In this document: positions 38,660-52,500 of the stretch, one piece after another
Numbering within the stretch: the stretch's first letter is position 1
Layout of the letters: each line of letters starts with the position of its first letter
From: Tubulanus polymorphus
Lineage: Eukaryota > Animalia > Nemertea
NCBI RefSeq assembly: GCF_964204645.1
Contig: NC_134031.1
Span: 5,952,001-6,016,000 of the forward strand
DNA length: 64,000 bases
Direction: 5' to 3'
Notes under the pieces: generated by a model
Database searches by the model: none
Told to the model about the DNA's origin: nothing
Seen by the model: the letters and a program-made list of their open reading frames with translations, nothing else
Made by a program: the position numbers and the translations under genes

Positions 38660-41057
38660 GCATATATCACCCCTGATCACCCCCTTTAAAAATCACCCCT
38701 TTGTCTCTAGTTGCTTAGCTGATAAACGTCTAGTCTGTTTACGATCACAAATGATAGTTTTTTTTTTGGTGAAGTTTTTCTAACCTCACATCGAGACAGG
38801 TTGAACTTTGTTGAACTGGAACGATTATATTTTGTTTAGGGATAATTGAAGGTTATCTGCATATACACACACTTCATGCACTTGTTGTGTTGGGTTTTTT
38901 CTCTCAAGAGAGATGAAGGTTATAAAACAGGATGCAATTGACTGTAAAGTGATATACAGCTTATCATTCTCTGATAAATACATAACAAAGGTATATGATT
39001 AGACTTTCTAATATTCATTATTACACACACATCAAATATCCATGCGTTTGTCACTTACCCACCGCGCAGCGCCTGTCGAAACGAGGGGTTCAGATCATAT
39101 ACACGTGAATTTACACAATATTCTGTATATGTATCATTTCTGAACAGGGGCGAATCCAATGAGGATACAGGGGTGCGCAACCCCTAAAATTTACCCAGCC
39201 CCCTTTATTCCTGGCCCCAATTTTGTAAATACAATTACAGTCTCACATAGTTTTGCTATAACGTAGATAATGAGGTCAGATGCCCTGAAAAGTAACTAAA
39301 AGTCTAGATTTTCGAAATTTTCCCCTATAGGCTTCGCTTTATGCACCCATCCACTTGAGGAATACCAAAACCTCAACAAAAATGATTAATATCTTATATT
39401 CTTTGTACGTATATGCAACTAAATTGTTTCGATTGGTATATCATCTTTCAAAATTAGCCTCGTGATGGGCGCACAGCGGTGATTGGCAACTATTCTTTCT
39501 GATGCCGGTTGCCGCACGCGCTATCAAAAATACATTAATACAATTGCATTTTTCTATTGTTCATTTTCTCTAACCCCCGAGGCGTCCCTGGTGCGTGAGT
39601 ATTTACTCTGAAAATACGAGATGTAAAAACAAATGGCTTCAGGACAGCGGGTCACGGGATCTATTTCTCGACCTTTCATGGGAACTTTGAGTTGTCGAAA
39701 TCTGAAATTAGGTTTTTTTCTACGCGAACTACTTGGACGCGCGCGAAACCATCTGCTCGGATATTGTACGGTCACGTGCTCGAAGCAGACGACAATCGAC
39801 GGACTGAATAAATAACGCGCGCATTACAGAAAACTAATCCTCGCGACAAACGCCGGGAAATCTGTTCCTGTGTTTTTAATCCGTATAATCTCCGCGTGTG
39901 ACAACCTGACAACTAGAGTCCTCGATGATTCCGTGTCGATTCTATTTCTGCAACACGTTCTCAAGAGGGTTCACCTGGAATTACACTGGTCACCTATCCG
40001 GCAGTTCCAGTTTCGTAGTCGTGAAATCACAGGGGCAGATCCTGGGGTCGGTTGCATAGTCATGGCTTAGACTTTTTTTAAGACAAGTCTAAGACCAACT
40101 TAGTTCTATGGCCAATCTAACAACTAAGACCAGTCTTAAAGACCACTTTTGGACGAAAGTCACGAATGTGCAACTGCTGGCCCAAGGCGCTAATTCTGAA
40201 GAACTTGACACATTTGAAAAGGACACTCTGATGTTTCAAAAAGGCAATAATATCAGGGGCAATCCTTCAGAACCTGCCAAGAGGGCACTTAAATGTGCAA
40301 AAAAGTCACAATCAGACGCACTCTTACGCTGGAATTCACCTTTTTGCATTGATGACTAAACGCAGAGGGCACTCAAAAGATTTGATGGATGTCTACTAGT
40401 CTCCCTGGAACGGCCTCTGCTTGTCGAGGGAAATCTGGTCATTTCTTAACCGATCTACAATTCATTTTAGGCAAAAAACAAACATTTTGAGAAACTAGAA
40501 ATGCTTTTCTAAAAAAATAACATATGGAAGATTTAATTTTTCTATTAAATTCTTATAAACATATTCATCTATTTACATTACAATGAAATTTTTTAGCGTA
40601 AGTCGTCTTTTGGATAAATTCACAACATATGATCCAACAACTACAGAGGCGGATCCAATAATTTGAGAAAGGGGGCGCCAATGGACCAATTTAGAATCAT
40701 GATCATGCCGTAGACAATGCAGGACAGTGAACCGTCCTCTTGCGAGTGCCGATGGCGCGGTGCACATCAAGGGGGGTGTGGGGTGTGGGGCCCTCTTTTT
40801 TGCATAAAAACCAAAAGATTATGATGACTAATTCTATGTCAAACTGTTGAGCACTGTATCTTTATAAATTGACATGATATTGGCTATGTTTTTGAAATGT
40901 TTGGTTGGCCGAAAAAAGAGGAGCCAAGAAGCGTGCGCCCCTCTGGATCCACCACTGACTTATGCAAGTTTGACGAATTTTAACCCCCACAATGGTTATC
41001 TAATAATTTTACAATGATAATTCTGATATATTACCAGTTTGAATTAAAAGTATGTCC

Positions 41058-44000
41058 CTATACAGGAAATTGATCTAAATAAACAAATGCTTCATCCTGA
41101 TTCTTCCTCTTCTTTTCGGTTGTTGATCGTTCTTCTTCTTCTATTTTTGGTCGATTTTCACCGCAATTAGAGCTAAAAAAAACAAACAACAAATGAAATC
41201 AATGAATCATTTTCTGCTACAAATCCTTCACATCGTGAATTCGAGAAATCATCGAGTACTACACATTATTAATCACGTCTGTAAGTTTGTAAATGAGGCG
41301 TCCATTCTGCGTAATGCACCGCCATAATGTATTTAACCTACGAGCAATTATCTAACTTAGATAATTGCTCGTAGATTTAACCAACAGAACTCCTTTTTGT
41401 CTTGTAAGCCTATATAGGCTGGCTTTTATTTACCGGTATGCATAAAAGATGACAATAAACTAATTATATAATATATATATATATATATACCTGCATGGAA
41501 TATCTTGCGACGAGATATTCGTTTTTAATAGTTCAACATTCCGTACACTTCCGAAGAAATCGGTCACGAGCACTTTACTAGGATCCCGCCGGTATAAATC
41601 GGTTCGAACTCCGACTGTCGAAATGCATAGAAGTCTCGGACAAGTTCTTAACTGCAATACGAAAAGCAAACGAAACTCAGGAATGGATCTGGGACCAATT
41701 TGCCGCTGTATTCCAGATTTCAGAAGGGACTTAAAATTCTGCACAACAGGACACCCTTTTTACAGGACACCCTATTTAACAGGTCCCCACGCATAATATT
41801 TGGCCCCCCACCTGATGAAATTTCGTATTTACTGTTATTCAAGATGTTATGTAGAGGGCACCTCAGAAAAATATAGATGGCCCTCACTATTGTTTTTTCC
41901 TTTTTTATCTTAATCTCTATTTGATTGGTAATTAGTAAATCTCTGGTTTGATTCATTTTGATTTGGTGTCCTGTTCGAACCCATCACACCTGCCGGAAAC
42001 GAAACAGGGAGCCACTTTTGTTAATACACAAACTCCAGCCATGGACTCGCCCTGATGGAACACTAATTGATATACTTAACTATTTGAGTAATCAACAATT
42101 ACTGCCAGGGGTTTGATTGAAACTTACAAATTCGGCCATTGTTTTTTTACTATCCGGACGCACTTTTTCCAGGAATTCCAGAGCGTAATACGTATATCGG
42201 TCAATAACATAAACTCCTAGGGCTGGGTCTACATGGTGCTGGAAAAAAAAATTCACGCCAAAAATTACAAGTTTCTTATCATTTATTTACTCAAAGGGCT
42301 GCTGAGAGCAGCATTGGTGAAGACCCTTCTAGCCTCGGATCTTACGGGACCTATTAATTTCATATGAGGTAAGCAAAGTAGATAAGTGACGGACAAAAAA
42401 AAAATTCCATGAAATTTCTTCAGAGAGTTAACTTACAGACAGTGAATCCTCTCCTACTTGACTGCTGGCAACAGCGAGGATATTAGGCGAATAAAAATGT
42501 TGGTACATAGAAACCGCTTGACAGGTATCAACTATGAATAACATTTCATTGTACCTGAAACAAAGATATCGCCAGACCTATACATATAAAAATATCCAGC
42601 ATCAGATGTATATATCCTGCACAAAGGTAAAACTACAGTTAACCCCATTCATCCAGAACATTTGGTAGACTAGCTATAAAATTGTATTCAATCCAGTTTA
42701 TGAGAATTCTAGACCTAACATAGATTTTTATGTAGGTAGACTGAATAATGCCTGGATGAGACCAAAATCAGGTGGATTAACCCTTTCAGTGCTGGCTAAT
42801 TAATACCCTATAGTGCTGAAGATAATTTGAAAATTCTGAAAAATCCCACCCTAGTGTGTTGAATAACAGGAATAGCACTATAGTGCGTCTACACCCTGGC
42901 GCAGTATATCGTTAGTTACTAATATTTCACTATGTTTGACAGGTGCTGCCATCTTTCAAGAGAGATAATTAGTAATTAATAATTAAATCAATAAACCGCA
43001 GTGCGGTGTACTAGCAAAATCCATCTCTGATTCGTACACCGCACTGCGGTGTAGACGCACTGAAAGGGTTAAGTAGGTACCGTGGAATGGGTATGACTAC
43101 ATGAATTTTCAACACAAGAGGTGCATGATGTCTACGATGTAGATACCGGTACATCCATGAGGATAAAACTGAATTCTACCTACAGTTTTTTAAAAACCTT
43201 TAGTGAATAAAGAAGGGTTTAACAAAAATGAGACAGCGAGTGAGACGGTTTACACAGTTTACATTATAAAGCACCACAGATAGGCAGAACGACTGACTCA
43301 CCTTCGTTTTTGCCACATTTGTTCGAATGCATCGGCTAATTCGATACTAGAAATTTCTTCGGCATCTTGAAACTTCAAAAATCCATCCCCACCATGTCCT
43401 GAAAAAAAAAAACGCAAACAGAATGTCATTCACTCGCCATCATACGCAATTCAAACGACAATGATAAACAAAACATTGCGGAAGGACAGATTTAGGGGGT
43501 GGTCAACCCCTTTAAAATTTATGCCCTCCAAAAAGTGTGGAAGAACAGTTAGCGAAGACAATCCTAAAAAGACGAAAATAAATAAATCCAAATGTTCCCC
43601 GATAAGAGCCAGGTGTCCTAAATTTTCCGTTGGAGGTTTCAAGCTTGCAGCCTCGCTTTGCCAAATATGCCCTTTTTTCAAATCAAGTGCTGATAGATTG
43701 AAGTGTTTTGCCTTACCTGTCATGTAAATCAATATATTACTTCTCTCGTCGGAGAGAAGATGTTTAGATCGCGGAGTACTTGGAGGCAGACGGCCGGTTA
43801 GAACTCGGATGAAATTCTCAACTGTCACCTTCAAAAATCGAAAAAGAATTTCAGATATCAATTCTTGTTATAGGTTATGGTACACAGTACACTCTATCTA
43901 AGCCCCCTCCCCAGTCAAATTTGTTAAACTCGAATGATTGTTCCTCTTGCATAACGATCCTTCAATGACTTCAGCAGAGTCTACCGTAGTTTATTGTTCG

Positions 44001-46135
44001 TAAAATCTGAGAACATGGAAAATGAAAGATAAATTTTACAAACGCGAATCATCATCCAGGTCGTATCACTGCAATTCAATATCCATTCTTCCATCGTAAT
44101 CCGAGTTACAAATATGTGCACAAGAGGCAGTAGCATAACATGGCTGCCAGTCAAGTATACAGGGTGTCCCGAAAAAAATGTCACACTGATTGATTATTGA
44201 TTTAATAAATGCTAATTGATTTAAGGGAGCGTCCAGAAATTACGTACCTCAAAATCTCCCGTTTTTCTGACCCCCTCCCCTCTTGTACCACCTTGTACCA
44301 AATTCACTGACCCCCCTCATAGGTACGTACCATGGTACCCATGACCACCTCCCCAAATTATATTGATGCAGAGAACACAAATCAAAACAAAATATAGAAA
44401 ATATAAATACCTGATTCCAACGAGTGCGTGTAAGATTGATACCGGTACCTGGTATGGGGAATTCCCTGTTAAAGTCTACTACTAGTCACTTGAACAAGTC
44501 ACTAAAGGCCGCGATAAAACACCAGTGGTATCGGCTATTTTCATTTGAGTATAAAATATGTACCATGATTGATTAATACCCCCCTCCCTCAAAGTATGTA
44601 CCTTTTTTGCTGACCCCCTCCCCCATGTACCACTTTTTACCACTTTTTACCAAAATTCAGTAACCCCCTCCCCCAATTAGAGGTACGTAATTTTTGGACG
44701 CTCCCTAATAAGATCTAACTGATAAACAGAGTTATGCATTTTAGCAAAAATACACAGAGTATTTTTCATTTTAGTCAATTTGTTCTAGAATGAAGCCATA
44801 TATGCCCTTTTACAGGTTTCTCTGCTCCCCCCCAACATTCAAATGCTAAGAGCGGCTCTGGAATTATTATATAAAAGGTTAAATCAAATGCGATATACGG
44901 TAATGATATATTTACCTCATAACCTCTGTAATCTACTTCTACGTCATCGCCATACACATTGATATGCTGATTAGCATTGTTAAATACAGTAGCTACAAAA
45001 GACAATCGGACGATGTGAAGAAACATTCTTTTTTGAAAAATTCAATTTGTGGCCTAACATATAGTTATAATGAATTCAGATCATCCGATACTGACGAAAT
45101 ACATCTGGATTATGAGAAATCAAGATTAAAGACCTTATGCATATTTTCAGGGTAAATCCAGCGGCCAATATTAAAGGACTTGTCATATCCCAAAAGGCCA
45201 ATTTGATGTCCAAAAAGGTAATTTAGGGCTACTCCTACATCAATTATCTTTGCTGACTAAAATATTTAAGAGCACTCAAAAAAAATTTGATGGACTTGAA
45301 CTTAAGTCTCAAAAGTCCAGGCGGATCTGCCCTTGATTTTATATACATTTATGAACCGTTAATAATCCGAGTAGATCGAAATCAAGATATAACTTATCCC
45401 AGTTTGACGATATTGCGAAACCAACCTGCTCTAGGATTCCTAGGGTTACATGCCATATCTTCCGCCAACATCAAAATAATTTGACTAAAAAATACATTTC
45501 AAATACCTTAGGTCATAATTCAATCGGGGATCAGTTATAGGACAATGTCAGATTTCTCTAGATGAAATACCTGTCTGGTACACCGAGGCGTTTTACACTT
45601 CTGTAAACTGACAACGCATTCGCAATGTGACGGTAATTGAACCAAAATCTACTAGTATCGACTATCACTACCCAGTTATTCGTGTGACCACTTCGGAAAA
45701 AATCTTCAACTTTCTCCTAAAATATTAACATACAGTTTTATTGTAACATTTCAAGACAAAAATTGTTCAACTGTTCTATCGAAAACAATTCATGGAATTC
45801 TTTCCTGCACTAGGGTTATATAGGTCTCTAATGCAATAAAGGTACCTAAAATACTACTGAAACAAATCTTTTGCCATCTGTCAATATTTAGCGATCAATT
45901 CGCCACCTGGTGGTAAAAACTCGCATACAAAAATTCTGAAGTGAAAACTACTTGATTAACATGGAATTGACAGCATTACCAACAATAGATTCATAACAAA
46001 ATACATTCTTTAAATCTTAGAAATAAGTTCTTTCTAAAAAACTTAATTCAAACTTACAGTAGCATCCTGGAGCGTCATTAATGGAACGAATGCGAGAAAA
46101 AATACGGAAATAATAATTTTCATGGAGGCTGACAT
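41058..46135 (-). CDS. PIGK: GPI-anchor transamidase catalytic subunit (GPI8), 10 exons (46058-46135, 45571-45716, 45426-45484, 44916-44992, 43717-43828, 43302-43398, 42437-42554, 42128-42238, 41491-41651, 41058-41172), about 357 aa
   Basis: Signal peptide [20 protein letters not shown]; motifs [60 protein letters not shown] (catalytic His), VDTCQA (catalytic Cys) and TDFFGSVR; all phases consistent. Confidence 0.96.
42781..43068. mobile_element. piggyBac-type MITE in a PIGK intron
   Basis: TTAA|CCCTTTCAGTGC...GCACTGAAAGGG|TTAA; a right-end-only copy lies at about 50645-50720. Confidence 0.85.
44225..44705. mobile_element. PIF/Harbinger (Tourist-like) MITE in PIGK intron 4
   Basis: TAA|GGGAGCGTCCAGAAATTACGTACCTC...GAGGTACGTAATTTTTGGACGCTCCC|TAA. 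Confidence 0.88.
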
Positions 46136-46509
46136 CTTGAAAGTAGTGCGAAAGGTTGAACTTAAACACAGATAAACTGTTTATAAAGATTAGATAAATT
46201 AGACATGATTGTGGAGGGGGCGAAACCAAATACTCGATTGCATATAAGTATGTTCATTTAGTATAAACTGATGAAAGACTTTCGCACATTCTTTCCGGGC
46301 ACTACATTTTAGTACAGCGCCATCTAGTAGTTAGAATTGAGACTATGTCGTCATGGCGACTAACCATAAACCAAGCACTGTGTGACAACCTACACGAACA
46401 AGATAGAGAGTGAGTGTCACTGTCATTCTGAATGATATTTTAGCGATATTTCATCATCAAAATTGAGCCTGAAACCCCCCGCAGATATATCCGCGTTGAC
46501 GGAGGCAAG
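46136..46509. promoter_or_regulatory. Putative bidirectional promoter shared by PIGK and AK5
   Basis: The divergent start codons are only 374 bp apart; the interval contains a GCGCCATCTAGT motif. Confidence 0.65.
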
Positions 46510-49500
46510 ATGACGACGGATGATGCGAAATCCTACCTCGCTAAGCGAGAAGTACCGCAACTTTTCGAGGTAAGAAAAAGTGAAATTCAAAATAGGCCCT
46601 TCAAAATATTGAGGACATGTTGACTGACTTTTTTCTTGAAAACAAATTAGAACTAGGAAGCCTCGGTAAAAGTGCAGATCCGCACCTCTCGTGATTGACG
46701 CAATCTACTGAATGACAGTATCCAGGCTAAGATCTTTCTAGTGAAGATATCTTAAAATTAACCAATGGCATGAAATTGCTGATGACATTTTGAATCTGAA
46801 ACAATGATATTTAATGTAATTGATTGAACCGTTTATTTACGCGGAGAGGTGCGGATCTGCACTTTTACCGAAGCCTCTAGTAAACTGAAATAAACAAAAA
46901 AAGATTTTAAGTCTATTTAAGATGGATGTCAAAGCTCCCTGGACCCTCTTCTTGGTTCTTGGCGTTACTAACTGCGTTGAAAAATTGGTTGCCAAATAAA
47001 ACCAACGGAAAATTAATCTAAATGTGGTGCCCTGTCACCTGCATACTATGCGATAATCATTTATCCAGTACAATCGTGCCACCCAATAATTCAACACACA
47101 TTATGCAATAAATCTTTATTTTCACTCCGGGCCAGCCGAGGCGGCTTCGGGCAATAATTTTGTCAGTGATTTTTTTAGCAGCCTGAATCACGATACCTGT
47201 TTTAAGATATTTGGCAATCTTAAATGAATGTTTTAGATTTAATTGGATTTGTGCTTATTAGATATGAGTATGGTTATATTGTATTATCATATCATTTTCT
47301 ACATAGCGAGTTGTGAATATTTTGAAAAAATTTGCATATTAAACCATGGTCTCAGTAGCCCCCTGGGCCCAGTTTCAAGAAAAAGTTTAAGCCTAATAGG
47401 CCTATGGTTAAGTTTGAATCGTCCTCATTGAAAACATGAAGTAACCAATGGCAATTACCGGTACACCAAAAATTGGGAATTGGGCCCAGAGACGTCGCTG
47501 AGTTTATTCAGCTTTAAAGAGAAACATTTTTTCTATATTTCAGTGTTTGTTGACGGGTTTGATGTACCATCGACCGAAGGAACACGTCGACTATCTGATC
47601 GATTGTTTGTCGAAAATCAAACAGCAAGGCCTCGACCACGTTCGCTGGAATTTATTCATCGAGCAAAGACGTAAAACTCCGTTGCCCCCGATAACGCCGC
47701 CTAATGGCGGTCGTCGGAGTTCCCGTCCCGGATCGAAACGATCGGGTAAAAATATGTCGAGAGGTTAGTTAGTGATTCGTGACGAAATGAAATCTACGCA
47801 TTGAGGTCCTTGAATTGTTGCTGTCCCTAGATGCCCTCCCCCATTGTTAGTAAAGAGATGTCTTGTATCCTTGATAACAATTAAGCATTCACCACTTGCT
47901 CATTAACCTGAATGATTTCTAATTGTTCCTGATTCAGCTATTCGCAATGTCTCACTCTGAGTATAGGCTATCTGTGCACTGTCTTAACTTAAGTCGTGAA
48001 TTTAAAATTTACTTAGAAGTCTAAGGGTTTGTTGCTCTCTTATGATATATATACTTGCGTATGTAATGTAAGATTGGTAATTTGGCCAAAATGCTTAGCC
48101 TTGATGAGTCTTAAGTCTTGACTTGTAGAATCAGATTCCTCCAATGAATTGTAGATTCGAAACAATCAGATTTAAAAGCTAACTTAATCGTTTTTCGCGC
48201 TCTATTTATTTGAACAGAAGGAAGCAGGGACATTCGCAGAACTAGTCCGCTGCCACCTATTGGCGGGTGTGAGAAAGCGTCCGAAGATCAACTCGATATC
48301 CAAAATGTTCCCGTGATATTCATGATGGGTAAGTTAAAAAATGATGTTATAACAACAACGATGTTTAAAATGAGAACCAAATCAGAATTAAAGAAGTAAA
48401 TATTTCATCGGGATTTCTGTAGATGAATGGAACCTGATCCTTATATTTGTGATATAGGCCTAATCGGTATTTGATTTAGGATAAACTCTAAATAGTGTAA
48501 ACTTGCAGGCATCTTAATGATATAAACCGATTAAAAAAGTAGAAATTAATTTGATGTTTTGAATTGTAATAACAAAAAATTCCTCCTCGTCATGTATTTT
48601 TGGTAAAAATGAATAAAGGAACTTGAAAAGTGGATTGGGCATCTGTTTGTAAGCAGCAATTGGGTCATTTTTGGATGGACGTAGAGAACAGTTAGTTATT
48701 AATGTTTATTCGTGTTTTGTTTTGAAGGTGGACCAGGAAGTGGTAAGGGTACACATTGTAAACGACTGATCGAGAGATACAGCAAATGGGTACATTTATC
48801 GATGGGCGATTTGATACGCGATGAGGTCGGACGTCGAGGAACTTCGGAGGAAAAATGGGACATGATCACCGATTTATTACAAAAAGGAGAAATGGCGCCA
48901 GAGGTACGTATAGAGGTTTCTTCATCGATGTCACCCACGTTCACAGCGTTTTTGCCTCAAATGGCAGTGAACTGTGACTTATTACTTCAGTTTGTCGCAT
49001 GCGTTTGAATCAAGCTGATATTTGCAATCAATGCAGGCAAATTATCAGTGTTCTTATGGATTTTGGAAAATGGTAATTTTTTTCCAGACCCATCAAAAAA
49101 TGTTGAAATTTTGTTTTTTCTCTATGGCTATGGAAAATCAAAAATGCGTCTCAAAATAAAATTTTCCTTTTACCGAGGTATTTTGAAATTTTTGCCATAG
49201 GCTTATATGTCTCATTGTATTTAATTTGGGACTGATGAAATTAATGCATATTATGCAGAAATCCAGATTGAAAGTAATATTCACCATGTAAGGGGTCAAA
49301 ATATGATGTCAAGTCTTTAGTCTGTTATCAGATTCCTATGGATTGATCTAGCTTGTAAGCGTATTTAATCCAAAATTTGTTCATTCTTGATATTTCTTTT
49401 GTCTAGGAACTGACTATGGAACTGTTAACCGTGAACATGAAGAAACACCAGGGGGCAGCCGGGTTCGTTATCGAAGGATACCCGCGAACTTTACAACAAG

Positions 49501-52500
49501 TGAATGAATACGAGGCCAAGGTAATGTTCGCATACCGCACGCTCAGTCCTCGTCTATTAACATTACTCTAAGCTTTCATAAATGGACTTATCAACAGGCT
49601 TCCTGGGACCCAATCCCTCAGACCTCGGATACGTTACCACCATAATTTTTCCAATTTTTGATCGTTTTCACTTTTTGCACTTCCCGCACTTCATCTGATA
49701 CATTTTTCTTTTGAAAATGGACTAAAACGGTCATGTCAGGGTGACCACACTGAACTGGAAACCTGTAAAACTCAGAGAATTCGACTAATAATGTTTTAAG
49801 CTATTTTACTGTCTTTTCCTGCTGTTTTATCATATGCTTTTTAAGTTCTTGATTTTATGTAAATGTATTAACCCTTTGTACAGCGCATAGATTATTATTA
49901 TTTTAGTTATGCGCTATATAAGAAATGAATTATTATTATATTATTATTATTATAATTTTACCAAAAATCTGGAAAACTCGGGTAATTTGGATATTACCTT
50001 TGACCATGTGTTTCTTTATCAATACATGATTTAATGTAAAATGAATGAATTGTAACATATTCATGGTCAGGAAGTTGCCACCCTGTGTAACATATTTTCA
50101 TTTATCACAACGAAATGATCATCAATGGCCCACAAGACTGGTTTAGGTTGCAAATTGATACCTATATAGTATTATGATTTATATAGATTGGACTCTGTAT
50201 GAATTGGACTCTGATATGGCCTGTGTAAAGAAGAACTGGTAGTGATTTTCAGGTTGTTTTTTATTTCAGGTCGGTCGAGTTGATCTGGTGTTTTTGTTGG
50301 ATTGCGAGGAGTATTACCTGCAGAGTAGATTGTTATTGAGAGGAGAATCGCAACGTCGAATGGACGACAACCTGAACGCGATCACCGCGCGAATCGCTAA
50401 ATTCAAGAATCTCACGTTACCGGTCGTAAAACACTACGACGACAGGGGGCAACTCGTTATTGTAAGTATCTCGGTCATTCCATTCAGGGGGTTTGATTAA
50501 TGAGTTTTCTTGGAAGGTCAATGATAGTTCTGCAAATATCACATCTGTGAAATAAATCCATTGGAACATCTTACAACGTACATATAATTGGTTATAAAGG
50601 TTTCAAAAATTATCTTTAAGCATCATAGTTAAATTAAGATTAATACACCGCTGTGCGGTGTACTAGCAAAATCCATTACCGATTCATTCACTGCACTGCG
50701 GTGTAGATGCACTGAAAGGGTTAAGAAACATTACACCTGAAACTGTACATTTAGATAAAGCGATTGAACGTTTTGTTTTTTCAGTTGGACGGTGATCGCG
50801 ATTCGGATGAGATATTTTATGATTTATGTTCGGTATTTGATAGCGTATTCTTCCAGTCTGGCCAGGAAACACGACACTCTCGTAAGTTAACAGAATTCAT
50901 TTCAATGTTTTGTAAAAAATAATTTAAAACAAATATTTTTTCCCTCCCCACTTATTTCAAGTCCATCAAATCCGTAAACCATTCTACTGTATAAAGTCCA
51001 ATATGGTGTCATATGTGGTTGATTAAACAGTAAATAGGGTATCGCCATAACACCAGTGCTGGGTACAGTTCAGTTCACAGAATGAACTGAAGAAGGTGTC
51101 GGCCAAACGAACGCACTCATTTCTACAGTTGTCGGCAAAATTTCATTCTTAAATGATAATTGAAAATGAACCGATATTCTGTGACTCCAAGGTCCGAAAT
51201 AGCTGCAGTGCAATTATATGAAGTTGGTTCTTTTACAGCTCATCCACCATCGCAACCAAAGAGTCCACGCCACAGTCGACACGGAAGTCGCCATGGGAGT
51301 CACCACGGAAGTCGCCATGGTAGTCGTCACAGGAGTCGTTCACGGGGCCGCCATGGTAGCCGCCACGGGAGTCGTTCGGGGAGCCGCCATGGTAGTCCCC
51401 GCAGGAGTCGTCCAAAGAGTCGTTCAGGGAGTCGCCATGGTAGTCGCCATGGAAGTCGTTCAAGGAGTCGTTCAGGCAGTCGAGGAAGTCCGAACGAATA
51501 TGGTATAATACCGGTGACGTTCATACCTGATATTACCGTTGATCATGTCGACCAGGGTCGTTGTCTAGGCTTACCCCAATGTCCGATCATATTTGTAATG
51601 GGTAAGCATCTTTTTTGAATAAATATCTAGTATTTAGAGTCACGGTAGTCACAATTTAAGCGACCATGTATTGCTACCATTTTTTAAATGAATCTAGTTG
51701 TTTCACAAAATTCTTAATTGTTGAGTTCGTTGAAAATAAAATAGTACGGGGTAATCGTAATTTTGTTTCGTAAAACTGGGATCCACTTCAAAAGTTGTGG
51801 ATAAAGATTTGATTCCTGAGTCAACCAATGGGAAATGTACTAATTTGACTCATTATCTTAGCCGGTCTATTTGTAAAACTGTACAAAAGTTATATAATAC
51901 AGTAAAAGGTAATTCGACTCTGTGAAGCCAGGTCGCGATTCCGAACCCTGTACATAACCGTATTGTCCTGGGGCAAGACACTTATCCTCATTGCCTCTCT
52001 CCACCCAGGAGTAAATGGGTACCTGGTCTGATAGATGACTCCTGAGCGCCTAGCAGCTGCTCGGATGTTACTTCTCCCCAGGGAGAGATGACTGATACAT
52101 GGAATAGAGTTATAGGCTTCGGTAATAATACCAATTTGGAGCGCATTTTGAACTGGACTATGTTTAGGATACCTGCGCTATATAGATAACATTTATTTTC
52201 TAATTCGAGTCGGAATCTCTGGAAAATATCGGATATCAAAATATATACATTGTGGATATCTTCTTTTTTTTTCGAAATCAAACAGACATAATTCTTATCG
52301 TACGTAGGTGGTCCCGGCAGCGGTAGGAACACGCAGTGTAAGAAAATCGCCGGTAAGGCCGATGGATTCGTGCATCTCGCAATGGGCGAAATACTGCGAC
52401 ACGAGATAGCCGAGAAAGGAACGGCCGATGATAAATGGGCAATGGCCGGGCAACTAGTACAAAAAGGAGAACTTGCACCACACGTAAGTAAAACATATCG

